Shown here one piece after another: positions 47,001 to 55,972 of a stretch of 64,000 nt of DNA. Where the stretch lies: the NCBI GenBank assembly GCA_964597045.1, contig CAZQWE010000002.1:181175-245174 (forward strand), given 5' to 3'. The position numbers and the translations under genes were made by a program. The DNA is from an uncultured Alphaproteobacteria bacterium. GTDB lineage: Bacteria > Pseudomonadota > Alphaproteobacteria > UBA9655. Within the stretch, counting starts at the first letter, position 1. Each line of letters starts with the position of its first letter. Below the pieces are notes generated by a model. The model worked only from the letters and a program-made list of their open reading frames with translations, was not told the DNA's origin and did not search any database.

Positions 47001-47380
47001 TGGTTAAAGGAAAACTGCCAAGTCAACGCCAACTCCGGGTTGGAGAAGAAATCCGTCATATTTTGGCGGAAGTTCTCTCACGTGGTCATACAGGAGAGAA
47101 AATCCTAGATAATACCTCAATTACTGTCACTGAGGTCCGTATTAGCCCTGATTTGCAAAATGCGACTGTTTATGTTCTTCCCCTTGGTGGTTTGCACACA
47201 CCTGAGATTCTTGCCGCATTTAAGGAAAAATCTGGATATTTCAGGAAGGAAGTGGGGCGTAAGCTAACCACACGAGTGACCCCTCGCCTTGTCTTTAAAG
47301 CCGACGAATCCTTTGACGAAGCAGATCGGATTGAGAAGTTACTCAAATCTCCAAAGGTAAGGAAAGATCTAGGGAATTAA
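47000..47380 (+). CDS. rbfA: ribosome-binding factor A
   Basis: RQLRVGEEIRHILAEVL...ITVTEVRISPDLQNATVYV. One-nt overlap with the infB stop. Confidence 0.9.
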   Translation: MVKGKLPSQRQLRVGEEIRHILAEVLSRGHTGEKILDNTSITVTEVRISPDLQNATVYVLPLGGLHTPEILAAFKEKSGYFRKEVGRKLTTRVTPRLVFKADESFDEADRIEKLLKSPKVRKDLGN

Positions 47381-47526
47381 GCGTCATTGCTACGTCGCTC
47401 CACCTATCGCAATAACCTTAATTATGTAATAATTTTACCACACACAAGATCAACATTATAACACTTGACTTTAACTATTAAAAAAGCAAAGTTACGGTGC
47501 TCGGCCCACGTTAATACTAAGGATCA

Positions 47527-48951
47527 ATGAGACAAAGTTCACTTAAGCTCATAACCATAATACTTTGCCTTGTATTGGCGTATGGTGTCGCAGTGTATGT
47601 TGCCTTTAACGATCCTTTTAACTCGTCTGAAGAAATTGCGACAGATTCAACTATACTCACGGACACATCGTCAGACGAGCTTACAGTGACCGATGAAGGG
47701 CCCTATGATGAGACCCTCACCATCACCCAAGGAGACACCCTCGCAAGCATTCTGAGTCGTTTAGGGATCCCTTCTGGGCAAGCGAAGGAAGCCATCGACG
47801 CCCTCTCAAAAGTCTTTAACCCTAAGGACTTAAAAGCCGATCAAGAAGTCTATGTGATTTATGATAATCAACAAGAAGGCGATGGGTATGACTTAAAGTT
47901 CCTTCGTATCCGCGCAGATTTGGAACATGACGTTGAGCTGGTTCGAGCGGGCGGCGGAACCTTTCAAGCTACAAAATACAAGAAAGAGCTCAAACATGAG
48001 TATGCAGTTATTGAGGGAGCCATCAAAATCAGCTTATATGCTGATGCGTTGAAGGCAGGTGCCTCACCTAAGATGCTTTATGATATGATCAAGGCCTTTA
48101 GCTACGATATTGACTTCCAACGGGATATCCAGCCGGGAACCACCTTTTCCCTCTTCTACGACACTTATAAGGACGAAGAGAGTGGTCTTGAGCGGCCAGG
48201 GGAACTTCTCTCTGCTAAACTTGTCATTGATGGAAAAACATATGAAATTTATCGTTTTCAACCTCCAGGGGGGGTGCCTAGCTATTATACAGGGACAGGT
48301 GAAGCTGTGCGAAAGGCATTAATGCGGACCCCCATCGATGGAGCCCGGCTTTCCTCAGGTTTTGGAAATCGTAAACACCCCATTCTAGGCTACACAAAAA
48401 TGCACAAAGGCGTTGACTTTTCTGCTCCTAAAGGAACACCGATTATGGCTGCTGGTGATGGAGTCGTCGAAAAATGCAGTCCCTATAGTTCATACGGTAA
48501 TTACGTTTGTATTCGCCATAGCGGGAATACGAAAACAGCTTACGCACACCTTAGCCGCTTTGGGAAAATCAAAGCAGGATCTAAAGTTCGACAGGGTCAA
48601 GTCATAGGGTATGTGGGAGCAACTGGACGGGCAACGGGCCCCCACCTTCACTTTGAAGTCATTCAGAACGGAAAGCATGTGAATCCTCAAAAGATTACCC
48701 AGCTTTCAAGTTCTAAGCTGACAGGATCTGCCCTTACTTCCTTTAAGTCAAATATGGTGCGAATTGAAAGTTTAAGGCAAACAAAGATAGCTCAGGCCAA
48801 TCAACTTCAGTCTGTGGAACTCATTAAGACTGAGACTGATGAAAATATATTAGTTAAAGCGCAACGACATGCGAAACAGAATAAAACACCTTCTCTCATT
48901 TTGAATAAATGCAAACAATTACCCAACACAATGAAGATAAATAAAATTTAA
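47527..48951 (+). CDS. M23-family peptidoglycan endopeptidase with N-terminal TM and a LysM/OapA-like segment
   Basis: HKGVDFSAPKGTPIMAAGDGVV ... GATGRATGPHLHFEV. Confidence 0.85.
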   Translation: MRQSSLKLITIILCLVLAYGVAVYVAFNDPFNSSEEIATDSTILTDTSSDELTVTDEGPYDETLTITQGDTLASILSRLGIPSGQAKEAIDALSKVFNPKDLKADQEVYVIYDNQQEGDGYDLKFLRIRADLEHDVELVRAGGGTFQATKYKKELKHEYAVIEGAIKISLYADALKAGASPKMLYDMIKAFSYDIDFQRDIQPGTTFSLFYDTYKDEESGLERPGELLSAKLVIDGKTYEIYRFQPPGGVPSYYTGTGEAVRKALMRTPIDGARLSSGFGNRKHPILGYTKMHKGVDFSAPKGTPIMAAGDGVVEKCSPYSSYGNYVCIRHSGNTKTAYAHLSRFGKIKAGSKVRQGQVIGYVGATGRATGPHLHFEVIQNGKHVNPQKITQLSSSKLTGSALTSFKSNMVRIESLRQTKIAQANQLQSVELIKTETDENILVKAQRHAKQNKTPSLILNKCKQLPNTMKINKI

Positions 48952-48972
48952 CAAGCTTCTCAGGGAGACCCT

Positions 48973-49953
48973 ATGATTAAAGCCTATAATTTTAAAAATA
49001 AAGCCTTAACACCACTGAAATTAATAGATTTAAAAGATCTTAAAAAGGCCATATGGATCGATCTCATCTCACCTACAGAAGAAGAAAAGCTATATATTGA
49101 AAATGAATTCGAAGTTCAATTGCCCACCACCGAAGAATTACATGAAATAGAAATTTCGAGTCGCTTTTACCAACATAATCATACTTTATATGGAACGATA
49201 ACGAACATTACAAAGGCCAATACAGATCATCCAGAAGCTCATCTTGTCATGTTCATTTTACAAGGACACTATCTTATCTCGCTAAGATATAGCGAAAGTG
49301 TTTCTTTAGATACGGTTTTTTCTAGTGAAAAATTTACCTCGACCCATCCCCAGCAGGGTAGTTTTCTGTTGAGCCTCCTTCTTGATACCGTGACAGAGCA
49401 ACTGGCTGATATTTTAGAATACGCAACCCATAATATCGAAGAGGTAGCTCATTCAATCTTTAAATATAATTATCAGCCAGATGGTACTTCTAAAATTGGC
49501 ATACCCAATTTTAAAACTATTATTACACAGATTGGAAGAAACGAAGATCTTCTTTCAAAGTCAAGAGAGGGCCTATTTACTCTAACCCGCATGCTGGATT
49601 TTTGTTTACAATCTTCATTTTATGAAAAAGATGAAGATCAAAAACCATTGCATATTATTACAGGTGACGTAAAGCATCTGATTGAACACGGCAACTTTCT
49701 TTCTCAGAAATTGACGTTTTTATTAGATACTACATTGGGTTTAATTAATATTGAACAAAGCGCAATCATAAAGATCGTCTCAGTCGCAGCCGTTGTTTTC
49801 CTCCCCCCTACCCTTGTCGCGAGCGTCTATGGAATGAACTTTCGTCATATGCCTGAACTCGAGTGGATGCTGGGATATCCTTTTGCTATTTTCTTGATGA
49901 TTCTCGCAGGATTTCTCCCTTATAAACTTTTTAAATATAAGGGATGGTTGTAA
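48973..49953 (+). CDS. corA: CorA-family magnesium/cobalt transporter
   Basis: YGMNF signature between two C-terminal TM helices. 326 aa. Confidence 0.85.
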   Translation: MIKAYNFKNKALTPLKLIDLKDLKKAIWIDLISPTEEEKLYIENEFEVQLPTTEELHEIEISSRFYQHNHTLYGTITNITKANTDHPEAHLVMFILQGHYLISLRYSESVSLDTVFSSEKFTSTHPQQGSFLLSLLLDTVTEQLADILEYATHNIEEVAHSIFKYNYQPDGTSKIGIPNFKTIITQIGRNEDLLSKSREGLFTLTRMLDFCLQSSFYEKDEDQKPLHIITGDVKHLIEHGNFLSQKLTFLLDTTLGLINIEQSAIIKIVSVAAVVFLPPTLVASVYGMNFRHMPELEWMLGYPFAIFLMILAGFLPYKLFKYKGWL

Positions 49954-50007
49954 ACTGAAAAGGTTTAAACTACCATCAGCTTAGTTCTATTTTGTAAGGA
50001 GGGTATC

Positions 50008-51582
50008 ATGCGTAACTTTGCTGTTGTTTATCATATTCTATTGAGCCTCACACTTTTACAACCAGCAGCATATGCAGGTAAATCTAATGAAGATGACACC
50101 AATGAAAAAGGTAAGCGGGAAAGAAAAAATTCAAAAGACATAAATCCAAAAGGCGAAAAAAAAAGTAAATCATCCTTAAAACGTTCCAACAGTTCTACTA
50201 CAAAGAACCCTGACCTTGAAAAGCTTATATTAAGTACAGCTAGTATTGAGACGATCCGTAAAGGAACACGAGAGGTTTGGGGAGAAGAATTAAAGGAGTT
50301 AATTAAACTGGCTCGAAAGGGGAATACAGAAGCGGCTGGGAAAATTGGTGTCACGTGCTACGCTCTTTGCAGATATACCGTTAGTACTTATGAAACTCAA
50401 GCGGACCTCATCGAAGATGATGAGTGCGCTGAATTAGCCTTTAAATGGTTGACTTATGCTCACGAAAAAGGCGATCAATGCTTTAAAGTTGAGCTTGGCT
50501 TTTGTCATTTACTCGGGACTGGTCAAGTCTTTGAAGATTCTTTTACGGCCCTCAAATTGTTTAAGGATCTTCCCACAATTGAATATATGCTTGATCCAGA
50601 AAGAGAATTGAAAAGACGCCTGTTATTGGCTGAGTCAGGTTTCGATCGTTTCATTATTTTTAATGAAAAAAAGGAGACTCAAGCATTACAGTATCTACCC
50701 GCAGCTGCAAAGACCTCCAACGTTGCCAAGTGCCTTCTTGCAAATCGAATGTTGGGAACTGACAAGACAAATGAAGGAATTGAGATTCTTATAAATCTTC
50801 AACACCATGTAAAAAATCCTCTCGCTCAATGGCTATTGGGACGTGCATACCTCATGAGCATAGGCGTAAAGGGAAGCTTCCAGGAGGGAATGAAATGGGC
50901 CTTTGAAGCAGCAAGGAATGGGAACCCTAAGGCCATGGTGTTTATGAATACCTCATATCCTTCAACTCAAAAGACTACTCAGAAGACAAGCACCCTCCCC
51001 CGTACACTCAGGGTTATGACGGAGATGTTGCAAAGCTTCACCAATAAGCTTTACTATTTTGAAGAAAATCAAATACTTTTAACTTTTAGTGATGAAGTTA
51101 CTTCCCTCCTCACCGATTTAAAAAAGGCTCCTCCGGGACTTTGGATCAGTTGTTTACAAGCTCTAGATAAAATGAAGCAAGCCCTAAATAAATCACCAGA
51201 TCCTTCATTTCTTTATGAGTGTAAGGGAACACTGACTTGGGGCGAGGCTAATGTGAGTCTTGCGAAGAGATTTGATGCCTTTCTCCCTACTATTGATAAA
51301 AGGTTCGAGGAAGTCTTTGCTATTATTGAGGCTAGCATTAAGGAACTTGAATCAAAGGAAGCTAGCAAACGAATAGAAAGTGAAAGTGCAAAAGAATGGA
51401 GAGCCAAAAGAGAGCTTACAAGCGAGGCAAATCAATTAAAGAAGAAGTTGGTGAGAATGAATAATATCCTTCTTAATTTGAAAACTTTTCTAGGAGAGAT
51501 AAAAGGGTTCAAAGAAACAACCCAAGAAGATAGGAATAGTGAGTTTTTATTACACTATCCCTTTTTTCAGAAGATGGAATAG
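50008..51582 (+). CDS. secreted protein with a K/S-rich N-terminal region and Sel1-like repeats
   Basis: Signal peptide (LLSLTLLQPAAYA). Sel1-like units (ARKGNTEAAGKIG, AHEKGDQCFKVELGFCHLLGTG, AARNGNPKAMVFM). C-terminal coiled-coil-like K/E region. Confidence 0.55.
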   Translation: MRNFAVVYHILLSLTLLQPAAYAGKSNEDDTNEKGKRERKNSKDINPKGEKKSKSSLKRSNSSTTKNPDLEKLILSTASIETIRKGTREVWGEELKELIKLARKGNTEAAGKIGVTCYALCRYTVSTYETQADLIEDDECAELAFKWLTYAHEKGDQCFKVELGFCHLLGTGQVFEDSFTALKLFKDLPTIEYMLDPERELKRRLLLAESGFDRFIIFNEKKETQALQYLPAAAKTSNVAKCLLANRMLGTDKTNEGIEILINLQHHVKNPLAQWLLGRAYLMSIGVKGSFQEGMKWAFEAARNGNPKAMVFMNTSYPSTQKTTQKTSTLPRTLRVMTEMLQSFTNKLYYFEENQILLTFSDEVTSLLTDLKKAPPGLWISCLQALDKMKQALNKSPDPSFLYECKGTLTWGEANVSLAKRFDAFLPTIDKRFEEVFAIIEASIKELESKEASKRIESESAKEWRAKRELTSEANQLKKKLVRMNNILLNLKTFLGEIKGFKETTQEDRNSEFLLHYPFFQKME

Positions 51583-51598
51583 TTTTTAAAAACTATTC
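51577..51598. repeat. perfect 22-bp palindrome containing the stop codons of both convergent genes
   Basis: GAATAGTTTTTAAAAACTATTC. TAG at 51580-51582 (+ gene) and CTA at 51593-51595 (- gene) sit symmetrically within it. Confidence 0.8.
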
Positions 51599-51988
51599 TT
51601 CTTTCGCCATCAAAAGAAAATTCCAATTCGTGTTTGCAATTTCATGGTCAAGCTGCTCAAGTTCAAAATCAAGCAGAGCTAGAGTCTCATCCTCTAAGAT
51701 TAATAAATTTATGTCAAAATCTTCATCAAGTGTAACCATAGGAGCATTATCTTCTTGATCCTCATCCTCTCCCTCAGACGAGTCTAAAGGTTTGCTCGCT
51801 TTGCTTGATTCAAATTCGAAATCGAATAGCCCTAATTCATCCCATGAGTCACGAAGTCTTTTCCTCTGTGTCTCTTCAACTTCGCCCGTTAATTTCACCC
51901 TTCCACAAATACCTCCATCAGAGATACACAGAAAAAGAGAAAGGGCTATGATTGAGGAATAACTTTTATTAAAAGACAACAATTTCAT
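51593..51988 (-). CDS. small acidic secreted or lipid-anchored hypothetical protein
   Basis: Hydrophobic N-terminus (IIALSLFLCISDGG). D/E-rich remainder. No family recognised. Confidence 0.4.
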   Translation of the reverse strand: MKLLSFNKSYSSIIALSLFLCISDGGICGRVKLTGEVEETQRKRLRDSWDELGLFDFEFESSKASKPLDSSEGEDEDQEDNAPMVTLDEDFDINLLILEDETLALLDFELEQLDHEIANTNWNFLLMAKEE

Positions 51989-52111
51989 AATAACCAAACC
52001 ACAGTAATAACAACTATATCTTAATTAATATTTATTTTTATTATTTCAATATTTTGTAAAATATATTTTTGATATTACGAAATATAAGAAATAATATTTA
52101 TTAAATATACA

Positions 52112-52140
52112 TTGCAAATGTTGGATGCCTTTGTTATACT
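52112..52140 (+). promoter_or_regulatory. sigma-70-type promoter of the vapBC-like operon (TTGCAA, 17 nt spacer, TATACT)
   Basis: The -35 is at 52112-52117 and the -10 at 52135-52140. It is followed by CTAGA-CAA-TCTAG (52145-52157) and AGGAGG (52165-52170) before the ATG at 52176. Confidence 0.55.
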
Positions 52141-52175
52141 AAATCTAGACAATCTAGCTATATTAGGAGGATTCT

Positions 52176-52415
52176 ATGAACTGGTTATTAGCAGAAGCAA
52201 AAAATCGTTTTAGTGAAGTCGTTACCTTAGCACTTACATCTGGACCACAACGGGTGCAGCGTCGTGATAAAGCTGTCATTATTTTAGCTGAAGAAGAGTA
52301 TCAACAGCTTACGGGTGAACGCTCCCGCTTTTTGGATTTTCTAATGCAAGGGCCTTCCCTTACAGGTTTGGACATTAGCAGAGATAAAAGCTCTATGAGG
52401 GATGTTGATCTATGA
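52176..52415 (+). CDS. type II antitoxin (Phd/YefM family)
   Basis: WLLAEAKNRFSEVV...GPQRVQRRDKAVIILAEEEYQQL is the classic Phd/YefM N-terminus. ATGA overlap with the PIN toxin gene. Confidence 0.75.
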   Translation: MNWLLAEAKNRFSEVVTLALTSGPQRVQRRDKAVIILAEEEYQQLTGERSRFLDFLMQGPSLTGLDISRDKSSMRDVDL

Positions 52416-52837
52416 AGTTATTGATCGATACATGCATCGTTTCTGAACTACGCAAACCGCACATCGATCATCACTTAAAGGATGCTTTAACTCCCTTTCA
52501 AGATTCAGATCTTTTCTTAAGCGTTATTACAATTGGTGAAATAGCAAAAGGTATTACACTCCTAAATGAGAGTCAAAAAAAGAAGGACCTAACAAATTGG
52601 CTCAATGCCTTAGAACATCAATATTCAGATCGAATTTTACCGATTAATAGAGAAATTACTTTTCTTTGGGGTGAAATGACAGCACGTGCACAAAGGAACG
52701 GATACACGATTCCTGCAAGTGATGGCTTAATTGCAGCCACAGCCCTCTCTAATGGACTACATCTATTAACAAGAAACACAAAAGATTTTAAAGAAACGGG
52801 CGTCTTTTTGTTCGAATTAGGAAAGACAGTTAACTAA
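52412..52837 (+). CDS. vapC: type II toxin VapC (PIN-domain ribonuclease)
   Basis: LIDTCIVSELRKP (first acidic residue). The SDGLIAATAL and LLTRNTKDF motifs are typical of VapC/FitB. Confidence 0.85.
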   Translation: MKLLIDTCIVSELRKPHIDHHLKDALTPFQDSDLFLSVITIGEIAKGITLLNESQKKKDLTNWLNALEHQYSDRILPINREITFLWGEMTARAQRNGYTIPASDGLIAATALSNGLHLLTRNTKDFKETGVFLFELGKTVN

Positions 52838-52900
52838 GGTGTGAACTTTTAATGTTTGCCAAAATATGTTACATTTATAAAAAAAGGGAGATAATTGATC

Positions 52901-53155
52901 ATGAAAAAATTTCAAATTATAGGCTTAATTGCTTTTACAGTCTGTACAGTTAGTTCGTTCGCAGCAGAAGCAACAATAAGAAATTGTGCAACCGTACTTG
53001 AAGATTGTCGCAAGATCACTTTAGACAAGAACTGTGACTGTTCGAAAACCTGTCAAAGTGCTATTGCGTTATGTAAACTTGAAGAAAAAGAAAACAAACT
53101 ACATGAAGCGGAGGCGCTCCTGCTTCAATGTAATATTTACTGTCCAACGAAATAA
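52901..53155 (+). CDS. small secreted 8-cysteine protein, paralog 1
   Basis: Signal peptide (IIGLIAFTVCTVSSFAAEA). The mature ~60 aa share C-x-TVL-x2-C-R...C-x-C...C...A-I-x-L-C...HEAEALL-x-QC-x3-CPT with the next ORF. Confidence 0.6.
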   Translation: MKKFQIIGLIAFTVCTVSSFAAEATIRNCATVLEDCRKITLDKNCDCSKTCQSAIALCKLEEKENKLHEAEALLLQCNIYCPTK

Positions 53156-53187
53156 AAACAACATTAACGAGAATGAGGATAAATAAA

Positions 53188-53439
53188 ATGAAAAATCCAC
53201 TTAAAATGAGTTCAGTTTTCTTGGGTTTATTCCTATGCCCAGCATTTGCTGTAGGCCCAACTTGTGAAACTGTGCTTGATAATTGTCGAACCACTGTCTC
53301 TACAAAGCACTGTCATTGCACAGATATTTGTGTGAAAGCCATTACTTTATGCGAAAATGAAAAAAAGTTGGATAAAAAACACGAAGCAGAAGCTTTATTG
53401 GACCAATGTAAAGTGAATTGTCCAACCGGTAATCAGTAA
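53188..53439 (+). CDS. small secreted 8-cysteine protein, paralog 2
   Basis: Signal peptide (SSVFLGLFLCPAFA). Same cysteine framework as paralog 1. ATG at 53188 is preceded by GAGGA. Confidence 0.6.
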   Translation: MKNPLKMSSVFLGLFLCPAFAVGPTCETVLDNCRTTVSTKHCHCTDICVKAITLCENEKKLDKKHEAEALLDQCKVNCPTGNQ

Positions 53440-53481
53440 AATGTAACTGCAGGCGTAAAAAAATAATAAAGAATATATTCT

Positions 53482-53496
53482 GCGCCCGTAGGGCGC
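53482..53496. terminator. GC hairpin (GCGCCC-GTA-GGGCGC) between the Cys-rich genes and tRNA-Glu
   Basis: Perfect 6-bp GC stem. T/A-rich flanks on both strands. It could terminate either transcription direction. Confidence 0.4.
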
Positions 53497-53497
53497 T

Positions 53498-53520
53498 TCT
53501 GATAACTGATAACTGATTAC
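53498..53520 (+). repeat. dispersed short repeat, copy C (TCTGATAACTGATAACTGATTAC)
   Basis: One mismatch to copy A over 23 nt. Like copy A it is followed by GCGAC. It lies 16 nt beyond the tRNA-Glu 3' end. Confidence 0.7.
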
Positions 53521-53535
53521 GCGACGAAGGCCGCA

Positions 53536-53611
53536 TGGCGTCCCCTACGGGATTCGAACCCGTGTTGCTGCCGTGAAAGGGCAGTGTCCTAGGCCTCTAG
53601 ACGAAGGGGAC
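53536..53611 (-). tRNA. tRNA-Glu (anticodon UUC), CCA encoded
   Basis: The reverse complement GTCCCCTTCGTCTAGAGGCCTAGGACACTGCCCTTTCACGGCAGCAACACGGGTTCGAATCCCGTAGGGGACGCCA folds by hand. Acceptor stem is 7 bp, D stem GUCU/GGAC, anticodon stem CUGCC/GGCAG with loop CUUUCAC, and T stem ACGGG/CCCGU with loop UUCGAAU. Confidence 0.95.
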
Positions 53612-53733
53612 AGTGAGCCTCTTTTTACTCGCACTCCTAAGAGAAAGCAAGAAATAAATTTTTGCTTCTGACTATTCCTTAAGCTAACTCCATGCTAAAC
53701 TTTTATTATTAATAGACGATTAAGGAGAGAAAC

Positions 53734-54525
53734 ATGGAACAAGAACTTGCAGAGTTTTCAACACATTACGCAGTGACCCTTGTGCTTTTGGCTATCCTCT
53801 TCATCATTATTTTGAGGAGCTTTCGCATTCTTTGGGAATACGAACGAGGCGTTGTTTTCATGTTGGGGCGGTTTTGGAAGGTAAAAGGACCGGGACTCAT
53901 CCTCGTCTTTCCTATCATTCAAACAATGACACGTGTTGATTTACGCCTCATTGTCTTAGATATTCCAACTCAAGAGGTTATCACTCGCGATAACGTTTCT
54001 CTTCAGGTAAATGCTGTCTTGTATTTCCTCGTTGTTGATGCTCAAAAGGCAATCATTAACGTTGAAGATTTCTTTGAGGCCACAAGCCAATTGGCTCAAA
54101 CAACTCTCCGTTCTGTTCTGGGGCAGCATGAGCTCGATACCATTCTTGCTGAACGAGACAAACTCAATGCTTCTCTTCAGAAAATTCTGGATGATCAAAC
54201 GGAAACATGGGGTATTAAGGTACGCAATGTGGAGATTAAGCAAGTTGACATTAATGAGAGCATGATCCGTGCTATCGCTAAACAAGCCGAGGCTGAGCGT
54301 GAAAGACGGGCTAAAGTCATCCATGCAGAGGGTGAACTTCAAGCTTCAGAGAAGCTTTCTCAAGCGGCTAATGTGCTTTCTAAAGAGCCCCAATCCATGG
54401 TTCTTAGGTATCTTCAAACTTTGGGTATGATTGCTGAGGAAAACAATTCAACCATTGTGTTCCCTTTGCCTGTTGAGCTGCTGCCAATGATGGAGCATTT
54501 GACAAAAGGTAAAGGCAAGGCTTAA
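53734..54525 (+). CDS. SPFH/band-7 (stomatin-like, slipin) membrane protein
   Basis: N-terminal TM. EYERGVVFMLGRF...GPGL. Also RDNV.L.VNAVLYF and a coiled-coil AEAERERRAKVIHAEGE. Confidence 0.85.
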   Translation: MEQELAEFSTHYAVTLVLLAILFIIILRSFRILWEYERGVVFMLGRFWKVKGPGLILVFPIIQTMTRVDLRLIVLDIPTQEVITRDNVSLQVNAVLYFLVVDAQKAIINVEDFFEATSQLAQTTLRSVLGQHELDTILAERDKLNASLQKILDDQTETWGIKVRNVEIKQVDINESMIRAIAKQAEAERERRAKVIHAEGELQASEKLSQAANVLSKEPQSMVLRYLQTLGMIAEENNSTIVFPLPVELLPMMEHLTKGKGKA

Positions 54526-54532
54526 TTAACTC

Positions 54533-55801
54533 TTACCGCATAAATGCTGGGATATGTTCGCCAAAGCCGATTTCTGGCTGGAAGGGTTCCTGTGGTGTTT
54601 CTTGTCTTTGCGTTTTCTTAGGATGTTGGGTTTTATGTGGCTTTGATTTAACCGTTGTTTCTTTACTCTCAGTCACCAATGGATACTCCTCTATCGTCTT
54701 ATTCAGTGTTTTAAAAATTGAATCTAGAAATTTTGCTTCAGGGGGAGAAACAAAGGTAAAGGCCTTACCGACCTTACCCGCCCTTCCCGTTCGCCCAATC
54801 CTGTGAATATAATCTTCAGGATTATGGGGAACATGGAAGTTAATGACGGCTGGAAGATCTTCAACATCAAGACCGCGAGCCGCAACATCGCTAGCAATTA
54901 ATACATCGATTGTGCTGTCTTTAAACGCTTTGAGAGTCTCGTTTCGAGCACTTTGAGTGAGATCACCATGTAATGCGCCGGTTTTAAAGCCATGCTTTTT
55001 CATAGAGGTATAAACAACATCAACTTCACGCTTCCGGTTACAAAATACAATGGCTTGGTGAAGGTTTTCTTTAATCAAGAGAGTACGTAAGGCTTCCCGC
55101 TTATCCTTTTCCATGACTCTGACAATGAACTGCTCGATATTGACGGCAGCATCTGTTGGTTTTGAAATCGTAATTTCTTCTGGATTCTTTAGAAACTGCT
55201 GGGTGAGGTGTCGGATAGGAGGAGGCATGGTTGCTGAGAAAAGAGCTGTTTGATGCGGCGGAAGGACGGAAGCAATGCGTTCAATATCAGGTATAAAACC
55301 CATATCAAGCATCCGGTCAGCTTCATCTATCACAAACATCTTAACGTCATTCAGCAAGATTTTTCCACGATCATATAAGTCCAGAAGACGACCAGGCGTC
55401 ACGATAAGGACGTCAACACCCTTCGCGAGCTTCTTCTCTTGATCTGAAAAGGATTCACCACCAATAAGGAGAGCTACTGAGAAATTATGATATTTGCCAT
55501 AGGTTGCAAAATCTTGCTCAACTTGTGCAGCAAGCTCACGTGTGGGCTCTACAATCAGGGAACGGGGCATCCTTGCTTTGGCTCGCCCACGGGAAAGAAG
55601 ATCGAGTAGGGGAAGAATAAAAGACGCTGTCTTACCCGAACCTGTTTGGGCCAAGGCAATAACATCTCTTCCTTCTAAAAGTAAAGGAATCGTTTGACTT
55701 TGAATCGGTGTTGGAGTCTCGTACCCTACATCTTCAATGGCTTGAAGAGTGCTTGTATTTAACCCTAACTCTTTAAATGACATTACTTTCATACTGCTCA
55801 A
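54533..55801 (-). CDS. rhlE: DEAD-box ATP-dependent RNA helicase (RhlE-like)
   Basis: Q motif. AQTGSGKT, PTRELA, DEADRMLDMGF, SAT, ARGLD and HRIGRTGRAG motifs. Confidence 0.85.
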   Translation of the reverse strand: MSSMKVMSFKELGLNTSTLQAIEDVGYETPTPIQSQTIPLLLEGRDVIALAQTGSGKTASFILPLLDLLSRGRAKARMPRSLIVEPTRELAAQVEQDFATYGKYHNFSVALLIGGESFSDQEKKLAKGVDVLIVTPGRLLDLYDRGKILLNDVKMFVIDEADRMLDMGFIPDIERIASVLPPHQTALFSATMPPPIRHLTQQFLKNPEEITISKPTDAAVNIEQFIVRVMEKDKREALRTLLIKENLHQAIVFCNRKREVDVVYTSMKKHGFKTGALHGDLTQSARNETLKAFKDSTIDVLIASDVAARGLDVEDLPAVINFHVPHNPEDYIHRIGRTGRAGKVGKAFTFVSPPEAKFLDSIFKTLNKTIEEYPLVTESKETTVKSKPHKTQHPKKTQRQETPQEPFQPEIGFGEHIPAFMR

Positions 55802-55972
55802 ATAAGTATTTATAGACCATTCTTAAAGACCTAACTTAAAAAAAAGTCAAATCGTTCGTTTTAAAAACTGTGTTCGACATCAAGAAAGTGCGTCTTTTGA
55901 GAAACAGATTTATCTTGAGAAGAAGTCAAGCAACTGATAAACAATAATAAATTTTCTTGAGGAGTTCAAACC

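Noticed and set aside
47381-47416. GCGTCATTGC...GCAATAAC after rbfA, considered as another copy of the GTCAT palindrome family or a terminator
   Set aside because: The stem is only 5 bp with an 18-nt loop and no T-run, and similarity to the 36561 element is limited to GTCATT.
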